Source: Octopus vulgaris
Taxonomy: Eukaryota
Reading direction: 5' to 3'
DNA length: 64,000 bases
Assembly (NCBI GenBank): GCA_951406725.2
Contig: OX597838.1
Coordinates: 24,056,001 to 24,120,000, forward strand
Shown here one piece after another: positions 51,130 through 64,000 of the stretch. Position 1 is the stretch's first letter; each line of letters opens with the position of its first letter. The notes under the pieces are model-generated. The model had not been told where the DNA came from. It did not search any database and was given only the letters and a program-made list of their open reading frames with translations. The position numbers and the translations under genes are program-made.

Positions 51130-51880
51130 GCAGGTGAGGTGAATTCAGAAGTGGGTTATTAATATATTTGTCATTAGATAGGTAAAGTGTGTTGATATGC
51201 TACCAAGAAGTGAAGTATGTTATTGTGATATCGACAGGTGAGATATGTTGTGGTATAGATAGGTGAGTTATGCTGTTGTGGTGTAAAGAGGTAAGGTGTA
51301 TTACAGTATGGACAGGTGAGGTATGTTGTGGTGTAGATAGGTGAATTATACTGTTATGTGTAAAGAGGTAGGTGTGTTTCAGTATGGGCAGGTGAGGTAT
51401 GTTGTGGTATCGACAGGTGAGGTGAATTATTCTGTTGCCATATCAAGAGGTGAGATGTGTTTTAGTATAGACAGATAAGGTATCTTGTTGCAGACAAGAT
51501 ACCTTACCTGTCTTAACCTATAGACAGGTGAGGTATGCTGTTGTGGTAAAGATAGGTGAGGTATGCTGTTGTGGTATAGATAGGTGAAATATGTTGTAAT
51601 ATAGACAGGTGAAGTATGTTGTTGCAGTATAGATAGGTGAGGTATGTTGTGGTATAGGCAGGTGAGACATGTTGCAATATCGACAGGTAAGGCATGTTAT
51701 TGTATCAAGTGAGGTATGTTGTTGTGGTGTAGACAGGTGAAGTATGTTGTATAAACAGGTGAAGCATGTTCGTGTATAGACAGGTAAGGTATACTATTGT
51801 ATAGACAGGTGAGATATGTTGTGGTGTAGACAGATAGTTTTTTGTGGTATAGGCAAGTGAGTTATGTTGTTCTATAGATA
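51130..51880. repeat. Degenerate minisatellite, unit about 25-30 bp, consensus AGACAGGTGAGGTATGTTGT(TGT)GGTAT
   Basis: More than 20 recurrences of (C/T)AGGT(G/A)AG-like words. Confidence 0.9.
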
Positions 51881-51983
51881 CTAGCCAAAGTGTTCCTGCT
51901 GAAGTAAACTTTGCTTTCATCATTTTGCAATTGATAAATGAAGTACTAGTTAAGTACTGGGGTCAGTGTAATTGACTAGTCCC

Positions 51984-53075
51984 ATCATCATCATCATCAT
52001 TTAACATCCGTTGTCCATGCTGGTATGGGTTGGACAGTTTGATTGAGCTGGCATGCTGAAAGACAGCACCAGACTCCAGTCTGATTTGGTATGGTTTTCC
52101 ATGGCTGGATGCCCTTCCTAACACCAACCACTCCGAGAATTAATGGGTTCTTTCATGTACCACCGGCACAGGTGCCATTTGTGTGACACCAGGGTGCATT
52201 TACATTCCACCAGCACAGGTGCCAATTTGTGTGACACTGGTATCTGCCACAACTGCGATTTTGCTCAGCTTGATGAGTCTTCTTCTCGAGCACAACATAA
52301 TGCCAAGGGTCTTGGTCATTGCCTCCGTAAAGCCCAACACTTGAAAGGAACTTGGCCACTTCACTCCATGAGACTCAACACTGGAAAGGAACTCAGTCAC
52401 CTTGCCTCCATGAGGCCCAACACTCAAAAGGAACTCAGCCACTTTGTCTCTGTGAGGCCCAACATTCAAAAGTTGATTCTTTACATACCACCAGCACAAG
52501 TCCACTTGGCTTGACAGGTTCTCTCAAGCACAGTACATCGCCAAAGGTCTCAGTCAATAGTCATTGACTCTGTGAGGCTCAAAGTTCAAAGATCATGCTT
52601 CACCACCTCGTCCCATGTCTTCCTGGGTACATCTACCTCAGGTTCCCTCCACAGTTAGAACTGTTCTCGTCCATACACATCACATGACCATACCAGCACA
52701 GTCATCTCTCTTGCACACCACATCTGATTCCTCTTATGTCTAACTTTTCTCTCAAGATGCTTAAACTCTGTCGAACATGTACACTGACATTGCACATCCA
52801 GCAAAGCATACTGGCTTCATTCCTTTCAAGCCTACACATGTCCTCACCTGTTATAGCCCTTGTTTCACAACCATGCAGCATAGCTGTTTGCACACAGGCA
52901 TCAAACAAACTGCTTTTCACTCTGAGAGAGCGGCCCTTTATTGCCAGCAGGGGTAGGAGCTCTCTGAATTTTGCCCAGCCTAATCTTATTCTCACAGCTA
53001 TGCTCCCAGAACATCCACCTCCACTACTAACCTGGTCACCTAGATACCGGAAGCTATCTACTACCTCTAGCTTAT
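51984..53075 (-). mobile_element. 5'-truncated RTE-clade LINE with 3' UTR and (GAT)n tail
   Basis: ORF 52702-52995 RIRLGWAKFRELLPLL...LRVKSSLFDACVQTAMLHGCET...RLERNEASMLCWMCNV is a typical RTE RT C-terminal region. (CAT)n at 51984-52000; ~39-bp internal repeats at 52320-52480. Confidence 0.88.
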
Positions 53076-53079
53076 CTCT

Positions 53080-53338
53080 CTGGCAATTCCTTCAAAATTT
53101 CAGGCCTTGTGTCTATAGTAGAAAGGACGATCATCATCATTCAAGGCGGGAATCTGGCAGAATTGTTAGCACACCAGGCAAAATGCTTAGCGGTATTTTG
53201 TCTGCCACGTTCTGAGGTCAACTTTGCCTTTCATCCTTTCAGGATCAATAAATTAAGTACCAGTGTAACACTGGAGTCAGTATAATCAACTAGTCTCTTC
53301 CCCACCAAATTTGAGGCCTTCTGCTTCCAGAAAAAAGG

Positions 53339-53388
<50 letters not shown>

Positions 53389-54110
53389 CATTATTATTAT
53401 TATTATTATTATCATCATTATTTATTAAGGCGACAACAGACAGAATCGTTTGTATGCTAGGTAGAATGCTTAGCAGCATTTCATCCATCTTTACATTCTC
53501 AGTTCAAATTCCACCGAGGTCAGCTTTGCCTTTCATCGTTTCAGGGTCAACAAAATAAGTACTAATCACACACTGGGGTCAATGTAAACAATTAGCCCCC
53601 TTCCCCCGAAATATCAGGCCTTGTGCCTATAGTAGAAAGGATTTTTATTATTATCACTATTATTATTATTATTACTATAAAGGTGGCGAGCTGGCAGACA
53701 CGTTAGCACGCTGGGTGAAATGCTTAGCGGTATTTCGTCTGTCTTTACGTTCTGAGTTCAAATTCCACTGAGGTCAACTTTGCCTTTCATCCTTTCGGGG
53801 TCGATTAAATAAGTATCAGTTACGCACTGGGGTCAATGTAATCGACTTAATTCGTTTGTCTGTCCTTGTTTGTCCTCTCTGTGTTTAGCCCCTTGTGGGT
53901 AGTAAAGAAATAGGTGTTTCATTCATCTTCATATTCTGAGTTCTGAGTTCAAATTCCACCAAGATTGACATTACCTTTCATCATTCCAGGGTTGATAAAA
54001 TTAAGTACCAGTTGAATACTGGGGTTGATGCAATCAACTATCCCTCTCCTAAATTTCAGGCCTTGTGCCTATAGTAGAAAGGATTATTATTATTATTATT
54101 ATTATTATTG
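53080..54110 (+). mobile_element. Head-to-tail cluster of about four SINE family B copies, mostly separated by (ATT)n tails
   Basis: Repeated AAGG(C/T)GG.GAGCTGGCAGA..TTAGCA..GAGTTCAAATTCC..CTTTGCCTTTCATCC units. Other copies at about 9745-9980, 40116-40330, 57589-57826 (+) and 23452-23687, 44600-44810, 45385-45772, 61355-61686 (-). Confidence 0.85.
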
Positions 54111-55041
54111 ATTGATTGATTCTAGTTTCAGCTCACGAGCTGTGGCCATGCTGGGGCACCGCCATTTATACTATTATTATTATTATTATTATAGCTGTTC
54201 TTTTCATACCTAATTAAATTTATGTTTCTTTGTAGTTTTTTAGTTTCATGTTTCCAAATTCTCCTGATTCTCATTATTTATATTCTATGGTAAAATACAC
54301 GCACGCACACACATACACACGCACACACATACACACGCACACACATACACACGCACACATATACATGCATGCACTCACAGACACTGCCACCACCCGCCAC
54401 CCCTCCCCATCCTCTGCAGAAAGTCATTAAATATTGGAAAGTAATCTAAATATAGTTTTTTTTTTTATCCTCAAACCCTACCTTTATGGCTTCGACTTGT
54501 TAACTCACACATTTCAGGGGGGCCCCCTCTGATAATTTATGAATTAACTAAGTTTCACACATTCAGGCTTCTTCCCTGTTTTCCTCTCCACCAACACCAC
54601 CGCCATCTTTACCCCCCCCCCTGCACACACACAGCCATTCTCGTGTGTGTCTGTGTGTGTGTGTTTATCTCTGTCTCACTGACAATCTCTCCTTCCTCAC
54701 ACGGTACCCCTTATATTTACATCTCTACTATATTTATCAGATGATTTATCACTTGCTTGTTGTATTGGTTGTATTATACACACACATACACACACACACA
54801 TGACCTACATAAGCGCACATACTGTGTGTGTGTGTGTGTGTGTGTTAGTGAGTGTGTGTGTGTTAGTGAGTGTTGAATAGTATGCTTTGGTACAATGCAT
54901 TTTACTATAGTTTTTCAACTCAGAATCCATTCTAACATTCCACTCCTATATCCTTATCATAGTATAACTGCTCTTTCCATGTAAGGAAAGGTTAGATGGA
55001 AAAAAGTCACATAATATGAGAATAGACAATATATATATATA

Positions 55042-56270
55042 TTGGGTCATCCCATAAATAATGCAGGGGTGGGGGTTATACTTCTCTTATTTTCAAAATT
55101 AAGATAAAGTTCCTTTTTTTAATCTAAAATATACTCTCCTTCATTTTCTACAATGCTCTTCCATCTATCTGGTAGACTTGCAAGGCTCCTCTTCCAAAAT
55201 TCAATTATCTGTGATGAAAAATACTCCTCCAGTACTGTTCTGACTTCATCTACAGAATTCATATTTTTTCCATCCGAATGATTTTGAAGAGTGCAGAATA
55301 AGTGATCGTCAGATGGGGCAATGTTCAGTAAATATGGTGGGTGGGGCATCATTTCCCATTCAAATTGCTCCAGCCTCTGGAATGTCATCCTTGGTGTATG
55401 CGGCCAAGCATTATCCTCATGGAAGAACACCTTTCGTCTTGAAACCAAAGATGGTCATTTTTCTTCTAGCACTGACTTAAGCCATTCAAGCTGCTTGCAG
55501 TAGATCTCCTTTGTTATCATTTGTTTTAGGTTTAAAAGTTCAAAATGGACTAAACCTTTCACATCCCACCAAAACAGATAACAACACCTTACATTAGGGA
55601 AGACCTTCTTTAACCCGGGGTGCCAGTGTTTTATAGAGAACCCATTTCTCGTCACCAGTCAGTATTTGGTCCAAACAAGCTTCATTCATGAGATGTGGCA
55701 GCAAAGAAGAGCACACATTCACTCACTGCGCATGATTAGACTTTGTTTGTGAAGAACTCATTGACACAATTTGCTGACTTTTCCGATGGAACACAGGTAT
55801 CGATGAATGGTTCAATGACCAAATCCAAGCTTCTCTGCTACTTCCTCAATAGTTACAATGGCATTTTTTTCTACCAGGGTTTGCAGGACATCCTCATCGA
55901 GCTCTACAGATCTTCCAGGAGGAGGCTCATCTTCTAGGCTGTAGTTTCTGGAACCATTGTTGACACTGTCTTATGCTTATTGTTCGAACCCCATATACTG
56001 CATTAATATTCCTCACACTTTCCATTGTGTTGTTGCCTTTATTGAACTCATAAAGCAAAATATCCCGAATATGCTCCTTTGTCACTTCCATTATAGCTTT
56101 GAAAAAATAACTGTTAAAATCAAGCTGAACTCTTCAAAACTTGCACTAAGAATAAGCTCGAGGTAAAATTACTACCTGCTTTTGTAGCAAGTTGATGCAG
56201 GTAGTTTATCCCATCCCCCTCTGACTTTTAGTGCAATTGAAAAAACTCCATTATGTATGGGATGACCCTA
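55042..56270 (-). mobile_element. Decayed full-length mariner DNA transposon (second family) inserted in (TA)n
   Basis: TIRs TTGGGTCATCCCATAAATAATG / CATTATGTATGGGATGACCCTA. Transposase fragments TGDEKWVLY, WWDVKGLVHFELL, FHEDNAWPHT, PHPPYLLNIAPSDDHLF; frameshifted. Confidence 0.92.
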
Positions 56271-56314
56271 TATATATATATATATATATACATACAGAAA
56301 TATATACGTATATT

Positions 56315-56365
<51 letters not shown>

Positions 56366-59247
56366 GTATATATATGTATGTATGTATGTAAGTATGTATG
56401 TATGTATGTAAGTATGTATGTATGTATGTATAGATGTGAATATGTGTATGCATACATGTATGTAAATATATATCTGGATGTATATTACACACACACACAC
56501 ACACACAATACAAATCATTCTATATTTAATTTCCTTGTTCCTTAAACAGTAGAAACATTTGTGTTAATTTCACCTTCAAAATCTGTCTCACCTACCTACC
56601 TCCTCCTTTCATTCATGAGAAGTCTGTGTTGAGTTTCTTTTTTTTTTTTTTTTCCTTTATGGGAACTTGATCAACAAGAAATTAGATACAAACCGAGGTG
56701 AATTTAGTGCACACACTTAGAAGCACTTATTTACCTTTTTTGAAAAGATGAGCTTTCTACAGATATCACTAGCTTACAAGAAGCAACCCACATGAAGCCT
56801 TCATGCTCTTGTTGTGTCATTTGATAAGCGAGTAAAACTTATACCTTGTACATTAGGCCTGGCTGTGCGGTAAGAAGTTTGCTTGCCAATCACAAGGTTT
56901 CAGGTTCATTTTAACTCCATGGGAGTTCATTTTCACTCCATCATGATTATCATCGTCATCGTTGTCTTCATCTTCGTTTAACATCTGTTTTTCATCCAGG
57001 CATGGGTTGGAACAGTTTGATAGGAGCTGGCAGGGCCAGGAGACTACACCAAGCTCCACTGTCTGCTCAGGCATGGTTTTTATGGCCAGATGCCCTTCCT
57101 AATGCCAACCACCTTTCAATGTAGACTGAGTGTTTTTTATCTTGTACCAACACTCGATGAGATCTGTTTTGGCATGGGTATTATGGCTATAGGCCCTTCC
57201 TAATGCCAACCACTTTACAGAGTGGCTTTGGGTTATTTTTTTACGTGGCAGAAGCACTGCTGGCAAGGGCTGCTTTGGCATGGTTTTTACAGTTAGATGC
57301 CCTTCTTAACACCAACCACCTGACAGAGTGGATCATGTGCTTTCTATATGGCACAGCTGGACCTTCGGGCCTAACAAAAGCTTTGAGAGTGGACTTGATA
57401 GATAATTAATAGATAGAAACTGTAAGAAACCCATCATATACACATATATGCATGTGTATGTGTGTTGCTGTCTCCTTTACTTGACTTCATCTGATAGATG
57501 TAAACAAATGTCACCATCATACAAGCAGTATCCTTCGTTTCCAATTTGCTGTGGAAACGTGTCTGGCCATGCAGAAATATTATATTAGAAGGCAGCGAGC
57601 TGGCAGAAATGTTAGCACACCAGGCAAAATGCTTAGCGGTGTTTCGTCTGCCATTACATTCTGAGTTCAAATTTTGCTAAGGTCGACTTTGCCTTTCGTC
57701 CTTTCAGGGTTGATAAATTAAGTACCAGTTACGCACTGGGGTCAATGTAATTGACTTAATCCCTTTGTCTGTCCTTCTTTGTCCCCTCTATGTTTAGCCC
57801 ATTGTGGGCAATAAAGAAATAAGAAATATTATATTATTTGGAGACAGGTGAGGTTTAGCAGCAGGAAAACATTAACCCATAGAAAATTTACCTCAACAAA
57901 TTCCATCTGATTCATGCCAGCATGGAAAAGTGGATGTTAAACAATGATGATGAGGATTAGATACACTCTAAAATAAATTTACATTATCCGTTTTTGGCTT
58001 TGCTCAATGTATCAATAATTCAGTCATTGACCTAACAATCAACTGAACACTATTTATATAAATTGGATTTTTCCAGTTTAGTGGTGTATGATGAAGGTGT
58101 GGTTGTGTGATTGAGAAGTTTGTTTCCTAGCCATATGGTTTCAAGTTCAGTCCCACTGTGTGTTACCTTGGGCAAGTGTTATCTATAGCCCTGGGCCAAC
58201 CAAAGTCTTGTGAGTGGATGAGGTAGACAGGAACTGTGTAAAAGCTCATCATATACATAGTACACATGTATATACATATATTTGTGTTTGTTCACCAAAA
58301 CGGAAACTGAAAGAATCCTATCGTGTATACATACATACATAAAGAGTATGAGTGAGAGAGAGATAAACAGATAGATAGATATATTCATACATACATATAT
58401 ACATATATATATATACCAGGCTCCAGTCTGATCTGGCAGTGTTTCTAGGAAGGGCATCCAGCTGTAGAAACACTGCCAGATCAGACTGGAGCCTGGTGCA
58501 GCCCCTGGCTTCCCAGACCCCGGTTGAACCGTCCAACCCGTGCTAGCGCGGAAAACGGACGTTAAACGATGATGATGATGATGATGATGATGATGTATAT
58601 ATACATCTACTGATATATTTCTTATACATATATAGAAGCTGCTTTCTCGAGACAAAGTCAACTGTTTAGAGGGCTTTCAGTGATATATCTGCTTTAAATA
58701 TGTGTTAATATATACATATTAATCATTTCCGGAGAAATAACATTCTGAGGAGGCATGAATGTGTCGAGTCCATCGGGCTGGGCCTGACAAGTGGACACAA
58801 TATCAGTGACAAGAAAAAGAGGTGGCGAGAAATGAGTCAAGATTGCCCAAGTGGATTTAGAACTAGGAACTAAATCAGGCAGTTCAAAGAAGTAGGGGCC
58901 ATTATGGTCACAGTGGCAAATGGCAGAGAGTGGACAGGTCTGTTTAACCAGGGACAGAAGAAATGTTTGTGAGTGACTTGATGCCAGTCAGCCAAGTGTC
59001 CTTTTCTTTAGATAAGGTCAAGTATAATCTATGAGTGTAGTAGCAGCTGCACCATCCCAGATGTAGAGGTCAACACTCAATCGTGGGTGTCACCTGAGCT
59101 TTGTTGAGGGGTAGTGACAGTAGGTAGTGGTGGTGATGGTGGTGGCGCTGGTGGAGGATAGAGATAGGGCAGGGGCCTGAAGGATTTCTTGACTACTAAA
59201 GAAGAAAGGCCAGTCTTTGAGATGCAGGTTTTTTTGCTATGTTTATA

Positions 59248-59419
59248 AGGTGCAGGAGTGGCTGTGTGGTAAGTAGCTTGCTTACCAACCACATGGTTTC
59301 GGGTTCAGTCCCACTGCGTGGCATCTTGGGCAAGTGTCTTCTGCTATAGCCCCGGGCCGACCAATGCCTTGTGAGTGGATTTGGTAGACGGAAACTGAAA
59401 GAAGCCTGTCGTATATATG

Positions 59420-59450
<31 letters not shown>

Positions 59451-59669
59451 ATATGTTTGTGTGTCTGTGTTTGTCCCCCTAGCATTGCTTGACAACCGAT
59501 GCTGGTGTGTTTATGTCCCCGTCACTTAGCGGTTCAGCAAAAGAGACCGATAGAATAAGTACTGGGCTTACAAAGAATAAGTCCCAGGGTCGATTTGCTC
59601 GACTAAAGGCGGTGCTCCAGCATGGCCACAGTCAAATGACTGAAACAAGTAAAAGAGAGTAAAAGAGAG
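59248..59669 (+). mobile_element. tRNA-derived SINE family A with an internal (TA)/(TG) microsatellite; representative full copy
   Basis: GGAGTGGCTGTGTGGTAAG..GGTTCAGTCCC..TTGGGCAAGTGTCTT..GACTGAAACAAGTAAAAGAG. Further copies at about 11312-11685, 22350-22748, 28222-28570, 29341-29731, 39078-39478, 42031-42415, 44980-45362 (+) and 1995-2392, 26250-26682, 40335-40731 (-). Confidence 0.9.
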
Positions 59670-60205
59670 ATGTGTTCTCTTTCGTCTAAGCCATTCACAA
59701 ACATGGAATTGAGGCAGTGAGGCTGTTTGTTTAGTATAACATTACATCTCATGTGCATCTTCAATTTTTTATGTTTATTCTGTATAAATTGATACGGTAA
59801 CTTTTTTTCTTCTAACCTGTCCCCTAGTGGGGGTTGTTAAGATTAAACTCATTAATTACCAGAATAGCCTGCATTGATTCTTGCCAGACCTAAATTGGGT
59901 ATTTTACAATTCTGAAATTTAAATTCTGCTGACTAAGCTCTCCATCATCATTCCAGAGATAATGAAATAAGTTCCATTATTCCATTGGTGTTCTGTCTGG
60001 CTATTGCAGACAGATGGAGAGCATACAATCTACATAGAAAGCCAAGCCATTCCAATTAGATAATTTGATGCAGTCATCCGATGAAAAGAATTTTGAGTTT
60101 GAAGTCTGCTGCAGTGAATTTAGGTAACATGTTTAATGTATGGATCATTGGAACATCGAACTTGAAATATATAGTTGTGTGTATATATGTATGTATGTAC
60201 GTATG

Positions 60206-60237
<32 letters not shown>

Positions 60238-60517
60238 TGTATGTATGTATGTATGTATGTATGGACGTATGTATGGACGGACGGATGGATGATGTGTGTG
60301 TATGAATATATATATATATATATATATGTATTATGTGTGTGTGTGTGTAGATAGATAGATAGACAGATATGCATGTATATACATGTGTGTGTGTATATAT
60401 GTATGTGTGTGTATACATATACATATATGTAGATATGTGTTTGTGTCTATATATGTGTATGTATGCATGTGTGTGTATATATGTATGTATGTATATATAT
60501 ATATTGATATGTATGTA

Positions 60518-60555
<38 letters not shown>

Positions 60556-60644
60556 GGGAGAGTTTACGAAAAAAACAAACGACAAAGACAGGTGATGTAC
60601 AAAACAAACATGTATTAGTATAACGCTCAGGAATAGAAAATTTT

Positions 60645-60680
60645 CTTTTACGTTTTGAGCCTACGCTCTTCTACAGAAAG
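60645..60680 (-). ncRNA. Minimal variant hammerhead-like motif within a (TA)n-embedded insert (about 60556-60733)
   Basis: CUUU-CUGUAGA-A-GAGC-GUAG-GCUC-AAAA-CG-UA-AAAG; GAAA to AAAA is consistent with CpG decay. Confidence 0.5.
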
Positions 60681-60895
60681 GGACACAGAAAAAATAAGGA
60701 GAGAAAAAAAAATGTGTTAGTGGCTAACGATCTATATATATGTGTGTGTGTGTGTATGCATATATATATATAGATAAATACATAGGTTGGTAAGTACTGA
60801 CAGCTAGACATTTCAACAGAAAGGCAAGTAAACAGTTAGATAACTTAGTCATAATATATTATTACGTGGGAATTTTTATAACTCCAGCTAGATAT

Positions 60896-60934
<39 letters not shown>

Positions 60935-61709
60935 GTATGCAGGGAAGTAGTAGGTAGGGAGAAGACAGAGTGATAGGCAGGTAGCTAGCTAGCTAGCAAG
61001 GTTTGGGAGGGGTTATGAGTGAATGGATTGTTAAATACATGGAGCATAAAAAAAACAGAACTAGAAGTAATCAAGCAGATAAGGTAGCGATGGTGTACTT
61101 AATGGATAGAGCTTTAAAAAGGTAACTAAAACTACTCATGCAGTGAAGGGGTTGGATAGAATTATGTTAGTCAATGGAAAATATTATCTTCAATTTTCCA
61201 GTAATGGAGATAACTGTGAGGGAGTTTTGACTGTGTCTTTTAGTCTTGACATCCTGTGGTAGTTGTAAAAACGTATGTCTCCTTCATACAAGTGGGGTCT
61301 CTTTTGTTACCAGTCTTCTGTAAAAACATGTCCAGCCATGGGGCTGGGGAAATATTGGTTTCAAATCTTGGCACAAGGCCAGCAATTTTAGGGGAGGCGT
61401 AAGCCAATGAAATCGACCCCAGTGTTCGACTAAGGCTTAATTTATTGAGCCCGGAAAGATGAAAGGCATTATCAAACCCAGCAGCATTTGAACTCGGAAT
61501 GTATTCTTTTCTACTCTAGGTACAAGGCTTGAAATTTTTAAGGAGTGGGCCAGTCAATTAGATCGACCCCAGTATGCAACTGGTACTTAATTTATGAACC
61601 CCAAAAGGATGAAAGGCAAAGTTGACCTCGGCACAATTTGAACTCAGAACATAAAGGCAGATGAAATACCGCTAAGCATTTTGCCCCCCCCCACACACAC
61701 ACACACACA

Positions 61710-62032
61710 CAAGAGCCATATGGACCACCAAGAGCCATATGGATCCCCAAGAACCATATGACCACACCCCCAGGAACCATATGGAGCCCCAAGAGCCAAA
61801 TAGACCACCAAGAGCCATGTGGACCACCAAGAGCCATATGGAGCCTCAAGAACCATGTGGACCTCCAAGAGCCATATAAACTTCCCCACCCCCACCCCGA
61901 GAGCCATATGGGCTCCCAAGAACCATATGAACTCCCAAGAGCCATGTGGACTCCCAAGAGCCATATGGGCCCCCAAGAACCATATGACACCCACCAAGAG
62001 CCACATAGACCACCAAGAGCCATAAGGACCCC
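61710..62032. repeat. 19-bp minisatellite CAAGAGCCATATGGACCAC (about 16 units)
   Basis: Direct inspection; it explains the ORFs at 61592-62128. Confidence 0.9.
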
Positions 62033-62566
62033 AGTTAAGAAACATTGAGAGACCTCTAGAGATTTATAGTTTTGGAGTCCTCTCTTGCTCTGTTTCTCCC
62101 CCTTTCTTTCTCTCTCTCTCTCTCTCATTGTTACAAGAATCTTAGAGCATTAGATAGAAGATATTAAGCAAATGGTGTATGAAATGATTGAGGTCAGAGT
62201 GTCGAGGTGACCAAATAATAAAGAGAGAGAGAGAGAGACCAGTGGAAGGAAAAGCTTCTAGTAACCAAGGCCACCATGGAAAAACAAAACAGAAGTAAAA
62301 AAGTATAGAATAGATAGCAAGGTTGTGTGTGGGTGGTGGGGTGAGGAGCAGAGATAGGAGGAAAATCTATTAATAATAAGAAAACAAACTCAGTGACATG
62401 GATGGATATGTGTGGGTGTGTGTATATGTATATATACACCCACTCATGCACTCACACACATATATACCCACACATCCATGCATATATATGTATGTATATA
62501 TATATGTGTGTGTGTGTGTGTACACATACATATATATACTAATATATATACATACATGCATACACA

Positions 62567-62605
<39 letters not shown>

Positions 62606-63033
62606 CCTTACATGCACACATACATGCATATGTGTGTGTGTGACTAGAGCATTAGGTATTGATTAGACTATTAACCGCCTTTTGTTGTTGTTGTTGCTGC
62701 TGCTGTTGTTGTTCCTGTTGTTGTTTGACCTGGAGGTTAAACCTGATACTGCAGACCTACAATCAAGGGGATCCCAGCAACGACCATCTCACCTTTTCAG
62801 TAAACGTCTCAGGCCACGATGGGGAATGTGATTGAAGAGCAATTTGGTTGTTATTTCTAGCGTGTGGAACAACCACACAGAAGCCCCATCATTGGCGCGT
62901 AACTTTTCAACGACTCCATTCTCCGTCCTTGTTCTCTAAAGTACTTTTATTTGCATTTCTAATTTACACTTCTGTTGTCTTTAGACATTGTACTTTTACG
63001 CACAACACCTGTCTGTCTGTCTGTCTGTCTCTC

Positions 63034-63114
<81 letters not shown>

Positions 63115-64000
63115 TATATAGACATCCTTGGGTTTGGATTGAACTTGCAAATATATCCATTGTATTATGTAAGGTTTCCGTACATATTCAGTTCATTTCG
63201 AGGGAAGAAACAAAACACAACAAAAGACACAAAGAAAAACAGCAAATATAAAAATTAAAAAACAAGAACAAAACCTATCGAAGTAAACAGTGTGATGCAT
63301 GCACCAAGAAATCCAGTTTATTGATGGTTTTATAAATAGTTTGGAAGAAGGAGGAGAGGAAAAAAGAGTAGAGGAAAAGAAAAAGTGTGTGTGTCCGGCA
63401 GTGAGGTGCTGCTACTTGTTTAATCAACTTCAGCCGATGCTAACCGAATCTTATCAGGTTTAATACCGGGTTTCCATTAGGAACAATTTAGCTTTCATTT
63501 CTTGAATGAAATCACCGTCTAAGAATAACTTGTTTCACACAAACGAATTTTTATTACCAGCAAATTAAAAAAAAAAGAAAAAAAAGGGAAATAAATAGGT
63601 TTTATTCTTTTAAAAAAGGTTTAATTCTCTATTCTCTATTCTCTATTCTCTATTCAAGCTTATGTTGTGTAGTGTGTTGTGTTTTTTTTTTGTTGTTTTT
63701 TTTTTTCATTCAACTGACCCGACCGTGATCTAAAGAGCTGGCATCTTCCTCGGTCGATTGATTTTTTTTTTTTTTTTTTTTTTTGCAGACTGTTGGCTCT
63801 GCGAAAGCACTAAAGCATAACCAGTTTGTTGTATTCTGGCACTGTGTTATGTCTGTAACCTTGTGATGGTTAATTTCCAAACAGTCCTCTCTGTGTAACT
63901 GTCAATTGTTATCAGTTTTTCAGGACTAAACAAGCTGCCCTTTCAAGGAGTTAACAGCTGGTTTCATTGATAGGATCACAGACTTTTTTTTCTCTTTTGG

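Noticed and set aside
61592-62128. Repetitive ORFs and a superficially CRISPR-like periodicity
   Set aside because: 19-bp head-to-tail minisatellite with no unique spacers; eukaryotic context and no cas genes.

Overview
AT-rich, microsatellite- and SINE-dense metazoan genomic DNA. The repeat families point to a coleoid cephalopod, most likely Octopus (inference). I can support only one protein-coding exon: a 177-bp phase-0 exon (14417-14593, +) of a SARM1/dSarm(Ect4)/TIR-1 orthologue, covering the end of the ARM domain and the start of SAM1. The rest of the window therefore looks like very large introns. They hold two decayed full-length mariner elements, RTE-clade LINE 3' fragments, at least three tRNA-derived SINE families, TTAA-flanked piggyBac-like MITEs, a Helitron-like piece and mini/microsatellites. 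Almost all listed ORFs are translated simple repeats or TE remnants. The most interesting signal is a dispersed set of type-I hammerhead ribozyme motifs with a palindromic minimal stem III, as seen in Penelope-like elements and retrozymes. Several copies with divergent sequences share an unusually long 57-60-nt helix-II domain, and two have variant cores (G3-C8; an extra nucleotide after A9). Other leads are a cluster of long hairpins just downstream of the SARM1 exon, a minisatellite of iterated 5' splice-site consensus, a templated inverted duplication, and a candidate nested antisense gene for a secreted peptide. All structures were read by eye; no searches or folding programs were run.
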